Source: Actinomycetota bacterium
GTDB taxonomy: Bacteria > Actinomycetota > Humimicrobiia > Humimicrobiales > Humimicrobiaceae
Direction: 5' to 3'
Length of the DNA stretch: 51,010 nt
Assembly (NCBI GenBank): GCA_026392215.1
Contig: JAPLCN010000144.1
Coordinates: 1-51,010, forward strand
Positions 31,992-41,293 of the stretch are shown piece by piece. Under the pieces are notes generated by a model. The model saw only the letters and a program-made list of their open reading frames with translations, was not told the DNA's origin and searched no databases. The position numbers and the translations under genes were made by a program. Numbering within the stretch: the stretch's first letter is position 1; each line of letters opens with the position of its first letter.

Positions 31992-33239
31992 ATGAAAAAG
32001 TTTAAGGCATTAAAAATTACAGGTGTGATTATAGGCGTAATTTTGATATTTACAGCAGGATTTTGGCTTGGGCTGGATTTTACGTATAAATTTAATATAA
32101 ATCTTCCAAAATTTGATCAGATATTTTCAAAAGCCGGCAGCGGTGATTCATCGTCAACAGGCAACAGTAAAAATGAAAGCGAGTTAAGTGTTAAAGCTTT
32201 GGAGCAGACAATAGATTCTGTATCAAAGGAAGCTCTTACGCCAAAGACAAAAGAAGAACTGGTAGTTGCAGCTATTAATGGAATACTTGATAGTCTGGGG
32301 GATAAGCATTCAGAATATTTTACAAGAAATCAATATACTAAAATAATGGAGTCTTATCAGGGAATAATGAGCGGCGGTATAGGCGTTGTTGTAACAATGA
32401 ACGACAATAAAGAAGCGGAAGTGGTAAAGGTAATAAAGGGCAGCCCTTCTTCAAAACTTGATATCAAACAGGGAGATTTGATTAAAAAGGTGGATGGAGC
32501 TGATATTTCAGGCCTTTCACTGGAAGAAGTAGTATCAAAAATCAAGGGTCCGGTGGATACAGAAGTAAATCTTACATTTTTCAGACCGGAAGGCAAAAAA
32601 ACTTTTGACCTTAAAATAAAAAGAGGAACTTTTGCTGTCCCGAATTTTGATGCAGAAATAATTGAAGGAAACATAGCATATGTCCAGTATTATGACTTTC
32701 AGGAAGGCGGAGCGCAGCAGCTGGAGAAAGAGCTTGATGGTTTGATAGCCCAGGGTGCCAAAGGTATTATCCTGGATTTAAGAGATAACCTTGGAGGAGT
32801 ACTCGATGATGCTGTTTATTTATGTGACTTGTTTTTAGATAATGGGACCATAGTTACCGTAAAAGGCAGAAACAACGGCAAGGACAGTTTTGAGGAATTC
32901 AAGGCAAAAGAAGGAAAATATCTGGATATTCCTCTTGTAGTATTAATAAATGGATATTCAGCAAGCGCATCCGAATTAACTGCAGGCGCCTTAAGAGACA
33001 GCAAGAGGGCGCTTCTTATTGGTGAAAAAAGCTATGGGAAGGGAACTGTTCAGGCTCTTCATATATTATCAGACGGTTCCGGAATCAAATTTACAACTGC
33101 AAAATATTTTCTTCCTTCCGGAGAGTCAATAGATGGAACGGGAATAATTCCGGATATTACCGTAAAATTAGATGCGCAGTCAAAGTCTGATGTTCAAAAA
33201 GAAAGAGCAATTGAAGAAATTAAAAAATTAATCAAGTAA
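31992..33239 (+). CDS. S41 carboxyl-terminal processing protease (CtpA-like, PDZ domain)
   Basis: N-terminal TM helix, GIG, LDLRDNLGG, SASASE, GEKSYGKG. Confidence 0.92.
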   Translation: MKKFKALKITGVIIGVILIFTAGFWLGLDFTYKFNINLPKFDQIFSKAGSGDSSSTGNSKNESELSVKALEQTIDSVSKEALTPKTKEELVVAAINGILDSLGDKHSEYFTRNQYTKIMESYQGIMSGGIGVVVTMNDNKEAEVVKVIKGSPSSKLDIKQGDLIKKVDGADISGLSLEEVVSKIKGPVDTEVNLTFFRPEGKKTFDLKIKRGTFAVPNFDAEIIEGNIAYVQYYDFQEGGAQQLEKELDGLIAQGAKGIILDLRDNLGGVLDDAVYLCDLFLDNGTIVTVKGRNNGKDSFEEFKAKEGKYLDIPLVVLINGYSASASELTAGALRDSKRALLIGEKSYGKGTVQALHILSDGSGIKFTTAKYFLPSGESIDGTGIIPDITVKLDAQSKSDVQKERAIEEIKKLIK

Positions 33240-33332
33240 TATAGTGGATAATAATTCAAATTTAGTTAAATGTTTTTTAATAATTTTTTTGTTGGTTTTT
33301 ATTTTTAAAGTATATATACAGGAATTAAAGTC

Positions 33333-33806
33333 ATGGGGAAGCAAAAAGAGGAAAGCAAGGTAATTGCTGCTCAAAACAAAAAAGCGTTTCACGATTTTCT
33401 TATAATTGATAAGTTTGAAGCGGGGATTATCCTGCGCGGGAATGAGGTTAAATCTATAAGGGAGCATAAGGTTAATCTTACAGACAGCTATGCCAGGATT
33501 AAAAACGGAGAGCTGTTCTTATATAACATGCATGTTTCTCCCTACAGCAAGGCAAGGATTGAAGAAACCAATCCGCTAAGAATTAAGAAATTATTAATGC
33601 ACAGACAGCAGATCCAGAAAATAAATGGCAAATTAAATGATAAAAGCTTAACCCTTGTTCCTTTAAGTGTTTATTTTGTTAATAATTTTGCAAAAGTTGA
33701 GCTTGGGCTGGCAAAAGCAAAATTAAAACAGGACAGGCGGCAGGAGCTGGAGAAAAAGGCAACAGAAAGAGAAATCCAGAGAACACTAAAAAATTTCAGC
33801 CGGTAA
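33333..33806 (+). CDS. smpB: SsrA-binding protein
   Basis: NKKAFHDF, EAGIILRGNEVKSIR, KLLMH, LVPL; adjacent to ssrA. Confidence 0.96.
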   Translation: MGKQKEESKVIAAQNKKAFHDFLIIDKFEAGIILRGNEVKSIREHKVNLTDSYARIKNGELFLYNMHVSPYSKARIEETNPLRIKKLLMHRQQIQKINGKLNDKSLTLVPLSVYFVNNFAKVELGLAKAKLKQDRRQELEKKATEREIQRTLKNFSR

Positions 33807-34087
33807 TATGTTTTATTATGGCATTCGGCATTTTATATGAGAATTTATCAGCCTGATATACCTGTATTAAATATTAAATCAGGCAAAAGCCATAATCTAT
33901 TTAATTAGTAAACAATAAGAGGGTTGCCCTTAAAAACAATACAGGCTACACACTTTAAACCTGCTGAAAATTTTAAGCTAAAGAAAAATATTTTTCTTCA
34001 CCCATCTAAACCAGGTAAATTTAATTTACATTTTACTTGCATTTATGTGATAAAATATATTATGGATTTCAAAACCAATAATTTATT

Positions 34088-34440
34088 GGGGGCGTTTTGG
34101 ATTCGACAGGGGTAGATTGAGCTTAGATGGCAAACCGAGTACCAGAGACTCGTAAAACGCTGGAACAAAAATAAACGCAAACAAAAGCGAATTAGCTTTA
34201 GCTGCCTAAACGCAGCTAACGTCCTTTAAGAGTTTCCTTCACTTTTAAAAGGGCGCCGTTAGAAGGATACCTTTTTAAGGAGCGGCCGTTTCCTTAAAAG
34301 AAGGGAAAATTAAAACAGCATAGCAATGAAAGATACTGTTCATGTGATTTTTCAAAGCGAAAATTAGACATGAACTATGTTTGTAGAAGTTTAAGTGCCA
34401 TTGTCTTTGGACGCGGGTTCGACTCCCGCCGCCTCCACCA
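34088..34440 (+). ncRNA. ssrA: tmRNA; tag reading frame ANKSELALAA* at 34177-34209
   Basis: 5' GGGGGCGTTTTGGATTCGAC; 3' GGTTCGACTCCCGCCGCCTCCACCA; acceptor stem with a G3.U wobble; tag ends in LAA. Confidence 0.97.
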
Positions 34441-34511
34441 TGAACTGATTGCATTTGGATATAAGATCTATCATGCCTGAGCGTCAACTTCTATGGTTTG
34501 TCTGCCCTTAA

Positions 34512-34533
34512 TGTCACGGATTTGTCACGGATT
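34512..34533 (+). repeat. 11-bp tandem direct repeat TGTCACGGATT x2 (possible integrase arm-type site)
   Basis: Exact tandem repeat about 70 bp downstream of the ssrA 3' end. Confidence 0.55.
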
Positions 34534-34568
34534 AACTTAAGGTTATAAGAGAGAGGTAAGGAAAATAA

Positions 34569-34901
34569 ATGAAAGTTAAAAACATTATTTTAAGAGGATT
34601 ATATCAATCACTTGGCCTTGCAACTTATTGTATTCTTGTTGTAGTTATTATGAGCAATCTGCCTAAACTATTTACTTCTAATCCAGGTGTAACAAATAAT
34701 CTATTACAGGGCTTTATGTTTTTGATTATCTTTCTTGTAAGTGCATTAATCACAGGCTCAATTGCCTTGGCGTATCCTATATCTTTAGCTTTTAGGAAAA
34801 ATATAAAGGAAGCTGCATTTATTGTTTTATCTACTGTATTATGGTCAATTTTATTTTTAATAATTGCTTTGGTTACAGCTATTATTATATATAAACCTTA
34901 A
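34569..34901 (+). CDS. Small integral membrane protein (about 3 TM), unknown function
   Basis: SD GAGG/AAGGA; hydrophobic segments. Confidence 0.75.
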   Translation: MKVKNIILRGLYQSLGLATYCILVVVIMSNLPKLFTSNPGVTNNLLQGFMFLIIFLVSALITGSIALAYPISLAFRKNIKEAAFIVLSTVLWSILFLIIALVTAIIIYKP

Positions 34902-34909
34902 CTTTCATT

Positions 34910-34986
34910 TGGCTGCCCCAAGGTGTGAAATTTCGAACCAAATTTTAAGAGAATTAATTGATTTAAAAGATCTGTTCAGTAATTAA
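34910..34986 (+). repeat. Divergent att-like/tail site A
   Basis: TGGCTGCCCC...TTCGAACC shares the TGGCTG start and a (C/A)GAAC at the same offset as sites B-D; otherwise divergent. Confidence 0.45.
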
Positions 34987-35005
34987 ATAATATAAATGTC
35001 CGCTT

Positions 35006-35086
35006 TGGCTGGTCACCATACGCAATGTCAGAAACAAATTTTTGTTATTAAGTGAAGATATCTTTATACCCGAATTGAGTTTTTAA
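35006..35086 (+). repeat. 81-bp start-less coding-tail repeat, copy B (WLVTIRNVRNKFLLLSEDIFIPELSF*)
   Basis: Aligns without gaps to 38274-38354 and 39216-39296. Confidence 0.85.
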
Positions 35087-35247
35087 AGTTTTTACTTCAT
35101 TGTTTGAATTTGAAATATTCTTTTATCATTTAAAAAAATAATCTAAAACTAAAACTTCCCAAAAATATTTACATTAAAATCTTATTTATATAAAAAACGT
35201 CTAATAGATTGCGATAATTAGTAAAAATAAATTGAATGAGATAGCAA

Positions 35248-35685
35248 ATGGAAGATAAGAAAAACAAAATCTATATATTCACTCTTGTTATTTTCTGGAT
35301 TATATTTGCGTTCTTTATTTTAAATGTATCCAGTATGTATCTACCCTTTATTCCATTTATAGGATTTATAGGCCTACCTTTTAATGCTGCAATATCCTTA
35401 TTGGGAATAGCACTTATTGTTTTAGTGGTAAGAGCAAAGATTACAAAGATTTCAAGGGCTTTCTTTATACTAACAGGGTCATCTGCAGTAGGTATTGGTT
35501 TTGGAGCTTATTTACACAATCTTGTATTTGCTCTTTTTATAAAACTATTTGGGGAAAGTTTCTGGGCAGGTATGGGAGATGAACCAGTATTTTTTATTTT
35601 AGCAACAATAGTGTGCCCAATAGCATTACTGGTTGGTGCAATCGGTAGTATGGTTTTTATAGCAAAGAAAAAAGTTATAGCATAA
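35248..35685 (+). CDS. Integral membrane protein (about 4 TM), unknown function
   Basis: Hydrophobic ORF with HNLV and DEPVFF motifs. Confidence 0.8.
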   Translation: MEDKKNKIYIFTLVIFWIIFAFFILNVSSMYLPFIPFIGFIGLPFNAAISLLGIALIVLVVRAKITKISRAFFILTGSSAVGIGFGAYLHNLVFALFIKLFGESFWAGMGDEPVFFILATIVCPIALLVGAIGSMVFIAKKKVIA

Positions 35686-35860
35686 AAAAAGCTATATATA
35701 AATTTATTGATAAATAGAAAATATGAAAAGTAGTTTAAATTAAGTTTTAACAATTGTTAGTAATAATTTAATAAAAATTACAAAGGAGATAGTTTTAAAT
35801 ATTTACAATCCTTATTAAATGATAACAGTCGTAAGAACCTGGTATAAAGTGAGGTAGCAA

Positions 35861-36841
35861 GTGCCAATAGGACAGAAATCAACCTTCAGTAGTGATGTTC
35901 GGGAAGCTGGAAATCGACCCTTGAGCAGCAAAAATATTCATATCGGGTTTAGAGAAGCCAAATGGGAAAGGGTTCGATTTTACACCCTATTTGCTTGGCG
36001 CTTTATTGTACTGCGACGTCTGGAACCGCTCTTCTACGGTATTGCGGTGACGGATCGTTGCAACCTTGGATGCCGTGGTTGTAAAGTTTCAAATACCGGT
36101 CGTCCTGACATGACGTGGGACCAGCTTATCAATACGATGCAGAACGCATGGAGACGTGGATTCCGTGAGTTGTACTTTAGCGGCGGAGAACCGATGCTGT
36201 GGTGTGATGGAGTACGTACTCTGGAGGATGCAGTTGTTGAGGCAAGGCGGATAGGTTTTTTCCATGTACACGTTTATACAAACGGTACACTCGGACTCGA
36301 TATCCCGGCTGACCTTGTTTGGGTTAGTATGGACGGGCTTCCTGGTACTTTCGAGATGAGACGAGGTAATCATTTCAATCAAGTCGAACATGCAGTCCGC
36401 AAGAATCAGAACCGGAAGATTGCAGTCATATATGTCATTGATAGCAACACCAACAATGGTGTTGAACCATTTTTACAATGGGTGAGTGAAACAAAGTTTC
36501 CTATTATTGGTGTAATGTTCTATTTTCATACACCATATTATGGACTCGATGAGCTGTTCCTTACAGCTGAAGAGCGTGCACCGATAATCGACCGTCTTCT
36601 TGGTTATAAACGAGCGGGGCTGCCAATAATCAACTCGAGAGCTGGACTTCTAGCACTAAAGTCCGGCAACTGGCCGAGGCGTTTATCTGTTACCTATGTA
36701 GCGGATATCGATGGTGAGTATGTCTGCTGTCGTGCGTCAGATGACATATGTGTGAACTGCGGTTACGCCGCCTGCACCGAGATTACGGAGTTTCGACGTC
36801 TACGACCAAGTGCTATACTAGGCATGAGGAGATATTTGTGA
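35861..36841 (+). CDS. Radical SAM protein with Cys-rich C-terminus (higher GC, horizontally acquired)
   Basis: TDRCNLGCRGC, FSGGEP, YTNGT, VSMDG; C-terminal CCR...CVNCGYAAC. Start uncertain. Confidence 0.85.
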   Translation: MPIGQKSTFSSDVREAGNRPLSSKNIHIGFREAKWERVRFYTLFAWRFIVLRRLEPLFYGIAVTDRCNLGCRGCKVSNTGRPDMTWDQLINTMQNAWRRGFRELYFSGGEPMLWCDGVRTLEDAVVEARRIGFFHVHVYTNGTLGLDIPADLVWVSMDGLPGTFEMRRGNHFNQVEHAVRKNQNRKIAVIYVIDSNTNNGVEPFLQWVSETKFPIIGVMFYFHTPYYGLDELFLTAEERAPIIDRLLGYKRAGLPIINSRAGLLALKSGNWPRRLSVTYVADIDGEYVCCRASDDICVNCGYAACTEITEFRRLRPSAILGMRRYL

Positions 36842-38133
36842 GTAAGTGCGGCAACATATTATCGCAAATTGTAACGCGCGCCATACGCCGCTGCCTCGTT
36901 GGCCCTAATCAACAATGGCGCTTTGATCCGCCCCCGCAGGACTGGACACCTCCGCCTGTAAAACAAACCTCGCTGTATCTGCATGTACCCTTCTGCCGTA
37001 ACTGCTGTCCATACTGCCCTTATACCAAAGTAACTTATGATGAAATGTTGGTAGGCCCCTATACGCAGGCTGCTCTTGCAGAGGTCAACTGGTGGGCTGA
37101 TAAAATTGGGCATGCTGAAATAACGAGTATTTATATCGGCGGTGGCACTCCAACGCTTGCGTTGGACAGTGTAGCAAGAATACTAACACTAATACGTAAA
37201 AAATTCCGCCTGACGGGTGATATATGTATTGAGACAAATCCCTCTGACGTGGATGATATTACGATACAGAAATTACATGATTCAAATGTCTCACTTGTTT
37301 CACTTGGTGTGCAATCATTTCGTTCCGAGAACCTTAAGGTTATAGGACGCAATTATGAATCAACCGTTGCAGAGCACGCACTTACCCTGCTCGTCAATGG
37401 CGGCTTTGCCTCGGTTAACGTGGATCTTATGTTCGCTTTGCCTGGCCAGACAGTTGGCGATGTGATTAAAGATCTTGCCAAAGCTACCAAGCTTGGAGCA
37501 AGTCAGATCACTACATACCCGCTCTTCACATTTCCTTATACATCGATAGGTAGATACCTAAACCTGACATCAGTGCGTATGCCGGACCTGCGAGTTCGTA
37601 GGTCGCACTACCGGGCAATTACCGAGTGGTGTGTGGAACATGATTTCAAACGAGTGTCTGTGTGGGGGTTCAAACGTGGTGCCGTTCCTCGTTACTCTTC
37701 AGTTACAAGGGATAGCTATATCGGTATTGGTCCTGGTGCTGGTTCGCACCTGCCAGATGAATTTGTGATAAACACATTCGATCTCAATAGCTGGATACAC
37801 GTAATGTGTGAAGGACGTACAGCAATCGCTCTGCGAATGCCGTTTACTGTTGAGATGTCTAATTGGTGGTGGTTGTACTGGCGCTTTTATGATACACGAA
37901 TACCAATGGACTGCTTCAAAGCGTACTTCGGTAAAGAAACCCGCAAAGCTCACCGCTTATTTAGAGTCATGGAGCTGATCGGATTCGCGGTACATAACGA
38001 GGGATATCTTGAACTCACAGAGCCGGGTGCGTTTTGGCTTCACCTTGTGCAAAATCACTTCGCGCTAAGTTACATCAACACATTGTGGACCCAAGCACGA
38101 CGTGTCCCGTGGCCGCAGACGGTTGTTATCTAA
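36838..38133 (+). CDS. HemN/HemW-like (class C) radical SAM protein
   Basis: LYLHVPFCRNCCPYCPY, YIGGGTPT, ETNP, SLGVQSF, DLMFALP. GTG 36838 follows SD GAGGAG and overlaps the upstream stop (GTGA). Confidence 0.88.
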   Translation: MSKCGNILSQIVTRAIRRCLVGPNQQWRFDPPPQDWTPPPVKQTSLYLHVPFCRNCCPYCPYTKVTYDEMLVGPYTQAALAEVNWWADKIGHAEITSIYIGGGTPTLALDSVARILTLIRKKFRLTGDICIETNPSDVDDITIQKLHDSNVSLVSLGVQSFRSENLKVIGRNYESTVAEHALTLLVNGGFASVNVDLMFALPGQTVGDVIKDLAKATKLGASQITTYPLFTFPYTSIGRYLNLTSVRMPDLRVRRSHYRAITEWCVEHDFKRVSVWGFKRGAVPRYSSVTRDSYIGIGPGAGSHLPDEFVINTFDLNSWIHVMCEGRTAIALRMPFTVEMSNWWWLYWRFYDTRIPMDCFKAYFGKETRKAHRLFRVMELIGFAVHNEGYLELTEPGAFWLHLVQNHFALSYINTLWTQARRVPWPQTVVI

Positions 38134-38273
38134 GAATACCATTCAGGATAACTTGGGTAGGTTTTCTGTTAAATCATCAAAAGCAAAAAATATTTTCTAT
38201 GAGATTGTTCTAGTAAATTGACAAGCAAACTATTCCTTTTTTGGGTTAGATATCCTTGACAAATGTGTCTTAC

Positions 38274-38354
38274 TGGCTGGGGATAGTGGACAATGTTAGA
38301 ACTGCAATATTGAGCTTAAATGAGGATATTTTTATACCAGAATTGAGTTTTTAA
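38274..38354 (+). repeat. 81-bp start-less coding-tail repeat, copy C (WLGIVDNVRTAILSLNEDIFIPELSF*)
   Basis: Aligns to copies B and D; ends GAATTGAGTTTTTAA in all three. Confidence 0.85.
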
Positions 38355-38399
38355 CTATTAAACTAAACTTTTTCCAAATGATGAGATTCATATCAAATT

Positions 38400-38672
38400 T
38401 CATTCAAGAAAATTTAAAAGCTGTTTTATTTCCAGGTCATTTCCTGTCGTAATTGTTGTAACCATTACAGCACGACTTGTTTCCCTTACTTTCTTATATG
38501 CCTTAAATATTATGCTGTATAGCTTATCTTCATTGTCAGACCAGGCTATGGTACTGAGGGGCGTTATTTTAAAATCAATATTTTCATTTTTCAGAATATC
38601 CCAGAAAACTTTTAATTTACTTTCAATATCTTTTTCACCAATAGGATAAAGGCTTACTTGGATTGCAATCAT
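38400..38672 (-). CDS. YkoF/thiamine-binding-protein-like ferredoxin-fold protein
   Basis: QVSLYP...ITPLSTI...VMVTTI pattern; SD AAAGGT. Confidence 0.65.
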   Translation of the reverse strand: MIAIQVSLYPIGEKDIESKLKVFWDILKNENIDFKITPLSTIAWSDNEDKLYSIIFKAYKKVRETSRAVMVTTITTGNDLEIKQLLNFLE

Positions 38673-38973
38673 TTTTTTAATTTACCTTTCACTTAAAATT
38701 ATTCTTGCTCTCATAACTGATGAGACCTTCCTTTCTCTTTTTTAGGTCCTCATCAGCTTATTTTAACTTAAGTTATTTTAGTATACAATGTGTCCAAGGG
38801 AGTGGGTTCACTCCAGGGGTTGATGAAGATGGACCTTTAAAAAATTAAGTAGTCTATAGTAGCAAACGTATGATGAGGTTAAATGGAGTATTCCGCTCCG
38901 CATGGGTGCAGATCTATCAAATATTTATTATGTTATAATTTATACCTATTATTATTTGTTTTTGGAAAAAAAT

Positions 38974-39204
38974 ATGAATGAAAAAAAAGAATTTTTATAT
39001 TTTATTGAAGTAAAAGAAAAGAATGGTAATAGAGCCAAATATCCTGTTTATAAAGATAATGAAAAATACTATATTAATGATCACCCTGTTAAGATCGGTA
39101 AAGGCATAGAAGATGAGATTAAAGATTTTTTTGAAGCAGAAGTGATTGGACCGATATTGGAAAAATCTGTTCATCAGGATTTGAAGTTTAAAGATATAAA
39201 ATAA
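38974..39204 (+). CDS. Hypothetical protein
   Basis: ORF with host-like composition; ATG 38974 preferred over 38902. Confidence 0.55.
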   Translation: MNEKKEFLYFIEVKEKNGNRAKYPVYKDNEKYYINDHPVKIGKGIEDEIKDFFEAEVIGPILEKSVHQDLKFKDIK

Positions 39205-39215
39205 TCAAGGTTATA

Positions 39216-39296
39216 TGGCTGGCCACAGTACGCAATGTTAGAACCAGAATATTTAGATTAAATGAAGATCTTTTTATCCCTGAATTGAGTTTTTAA
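39216..39296 (+). repeat. 81-bp start-less coding-tail repeat, copy D (WLATVRNVRTRIFRLNEDLFIPELSF*)
   Basis: Aligns to copies B and C; begins 11 bp after the preceding stop codon. Confidence 0.85.
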
Positions 39297-39389
39297 CTAA
39301 TCCCTATTATGCTTTACTAAATATATATAATTTCAATATTGAAATTTTTTTACATATTTAATAATAAATTAGAGATTAAAGGATTTATA

Positions 39390-39890
39390 GTGAAAGAAAT
39401 ATTTGAAAGGCGAAGCATAAGAAAATATTCAAAATTACCTATACCTGATGATTACATTGAAAAACTACTTAGAGCTGCAATGGCTGCTCCTTCAGCAGGA
39501 AATCAGCAACCCTGGGAATTTATACTCATCAAAGATAAAAACATTCTAACTGATATAACAAAGGTGCATCCTTACTCTCAAATGTTAAAAGAGGCTGCAT
39601 TGGCGATAGTGATTTGTGCTGATTTAGACAAAGAAAAACACGGTGGTTGTTGGGTACAAGACTGTTCGGCTGCGACAGAGAATATTCTAATTGAAGCACA
39701 GCATTTAGGGCTTGGTTCAGTATGGCTTGGTGTTTATCCAAGAGAAGATAGAGTTAAAGGATTAAAAGAATTGTTTAACCTTCCTGAAAGAGTAGTGCCA
39801 TTATCAATTGTCTCATTAGGATATCCAGCGGAAAAAAAAGATCCTTCTAATAGGTATGATAAATTAAGAGTTCACATAAATAAATGGTAA
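39390..39890 (+). CDS. Nitroreductase family flavoprotein
   Basis: RRSIRKY, APSAGNQQPW, DCSAATENIL, GLGSVWLG, LGYP; GTG 39390 after AAAGGA. Confidence 0.92.
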   Translation: MKEIFERRSIRKYSKLPIPDDYIEKLLRAAMAAPSAGNQQPWEFILIKDKNILTDITKVHPYSQMLKEAALAIVICADLDKEKHGGCWVQDCSAATENILIEAQHLGLGSVWLGVYPREDRVKGLKELFNLPERVVPLSIVSLGYPAEKKDPSNRYDKLRVHINKW

Positions 39891-39964
39891 ATTTATGATG
39901 GGTTTGTTTGGCGTAGTATTTGTATTAATTTTCAATATCCTAAATTATTAAAACCAGAGGAAAA

Positions 39965-40011
39965 TTGACTTAATTTAAAGTGTTATATATTATTTATACT
40001 AAACATATAGG
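39965..40011 (+). promoter_or_regulatory. Sigma70-type promoter with downstream candidate Rrf2 operator
   Basis: TTGACT-N17-TATTAT, then ACTA-N5-ATAGG at 39998-40011. Confidence 0.55.
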
Positions 40012-40041
40012 ATAACTGATGTTCTTGTGAGGTAATAACAG

Positions 40042-40488
40042 ATGAAAATTTCCACAAAGGGAAGATATGGATTAAGAGCTTTATTAGACCTTGCAACAAA
40101 TTATAATGGTCAATATATAGCATTAAAAACCATCGCAAAAAGACTGGAAGTTTCGGAAGATTATCTTGAGCAGGTATTTTCAATACTTAGAAAGGCCAAT
40201 CTTGTAAAAAGTATTAAAGGTTCTCAAGGTGGATATACCCTAACTAATGATCCTTCAAAAATGACAATTGGTTCTATTCTACGGACGCTGGAAGGTGATT
40301 TATCAGTTGTAAATAATACAATTGATGAAAAAAAATATGACAATGCTGTAGATTATTGCCTTAAAATAAATGTATGGGATAAAATTAACAAAAATGTCAA
40401 TAGGCTTATTGAATCAATGACTTTGGAGGATCTTGTCAATAAATATAAAATTATAAATCATGATAACTCACCTATGTTTTATATTTAA
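40042..40488 (+). CDS. Rrf2 family regulator, CymR-like (no Fe-S Cys triad)
   Basis: STKGRYGL, YLEQVF..L, SIKGSQGGY; only one Cys. Confidence 0.9.
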   Translation: MKISTKGRYGLRALLDLATNYNGQYIALKTIAKRLEVSEDYLEQVFSILRKANLVKSIKGSQGGYTLTNDPSKMTIGSILRTLEGDLSVVNNTIDEKKYDNAVDYCLKINVWDKINKNVNRLIESMTLEDLVNKYKIINHDNSPMFYI

Positions 40489-40634
40489 TTTACTCAAGAG
40501 ATTTTGGAATAATATAAGTCTATTCTAATAACATTTTTCAATCTAATTAAAGTATAGGATTTAGACAGTTAACCTGTTTTTTTAAATTATTAAAAATAAA
40601 AATTAATATACCTGTAATTGGCAGGTGAATAATA

Positions 40635-41084
40635 ATGAAATTATCTACAAAAGGAACTTATGGAATGAAAGCGATTCTTGATCTTGCATTACATTCTGAT
40701 GGAAATCCTGTTGCAATTAAAAGTATCGCTGAAAGGCAGAATATCTCTGAAAATTATCTAGAACAACTATTTGCAATACTTAGAAAATCAGGGTTACTCC
40801 AAAGCATTAGAGGTGCTCAAGGAGGATATATCCTGGCAAAAAATCCTGGAAAAATAACTGCTGGTTTGATATTAAGAATTTTAGAAGGTTCGCTGGCACC
40901 TGTCCATTGTGTGGAAGAAAATAAACCGGCAGCCTGTAATAGATCCGAAAATTGCATTACAAAGTATGTTTGGGCAGAAATAAGAGACAAAATTTATGAT
41001 GTGGTTGACTCCATAACCTTAGCAGATCTTGTCGAAGAATATAATAAACAAGAATCTGATAAAGACTTCATGTATCATATTTAA
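40635..41084 (+). CDS. Rrf2 family regulator, IscR-like (three Cys)
   Basis: STKGTYG, YLEQLF, SIRGAQGGY, VHCVEENKPAACNRSENC. Confidence 0.9.
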   Translation: MKLSTKGTYGMKAILDLALHSDGNPVAIKSIAERQNISENYLEQLFAILRKSGLLQSIRGAQGGYILAKNPGKITAGLILRILEGSLAPVHCVEENKPAACNRSENCITKYVWAEIRDKIYDVVDSITLADLVEEYNKQESDKDFMYHI

Positions 41085-41104
41085 TTTTTTTAATTATATA
41101 TACA

Positions 41105-41194
41105 ACTATACCTATAGGAAAAATAATTTTTTTTAAAATAATGTTGACATCCCCTATCTATAATAATAAAATAAAATACAACTAAAATGATAGG
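41105..41194 (+). promoter_or_regulatory. Sigma70-type promoter flanked by two candidate Rrf2 operators
   Basis: TTGACA(41144)-N17-TAAAAT; ACTA-N5-ATAGG at 41105-41118 and 41181-41194. Confidence 0.6.
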
Positions 41195-41293
41195 TATTAT
41201 TATATATAAAATATAAGTAAATAATATTGAAGCGTAAACTGCAAAAATAATTAGGCTAGGGATATTTATTTTTCAGAAAGGAAAGACCGGATT

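Noticed and set aside
33924-34487. ORFs 33924..34115 and 34275..34487
   Set aside because: They overlap tmRNA or its promoter region and are spurious.
36748-36837. N-terminal extension of the HemN-like ORF
   Set aside because: It overlaps the upstream gene; SD plus the GTGA overlap supports 36838.
38701-38900. TPP riboswitch or ribozyme upstream of the YkoF-like gene; inverted repeat CTGATGAGACCT/AGGTCCTCATCAG
   Set aside because: No TPP core motifs on the minus strand; CTGATGAG pairs with its own complement and there is no correctly placed GAAA. It is a simple hairpin.
35006-39296. CRISPR array or classical integron attC sites
   Set aside because: Spacing is kilobases and irregular, the repeats are not palindromic, there are no RYYYAAC/GTTRRRY boxes, and no cas or intI gene is present.
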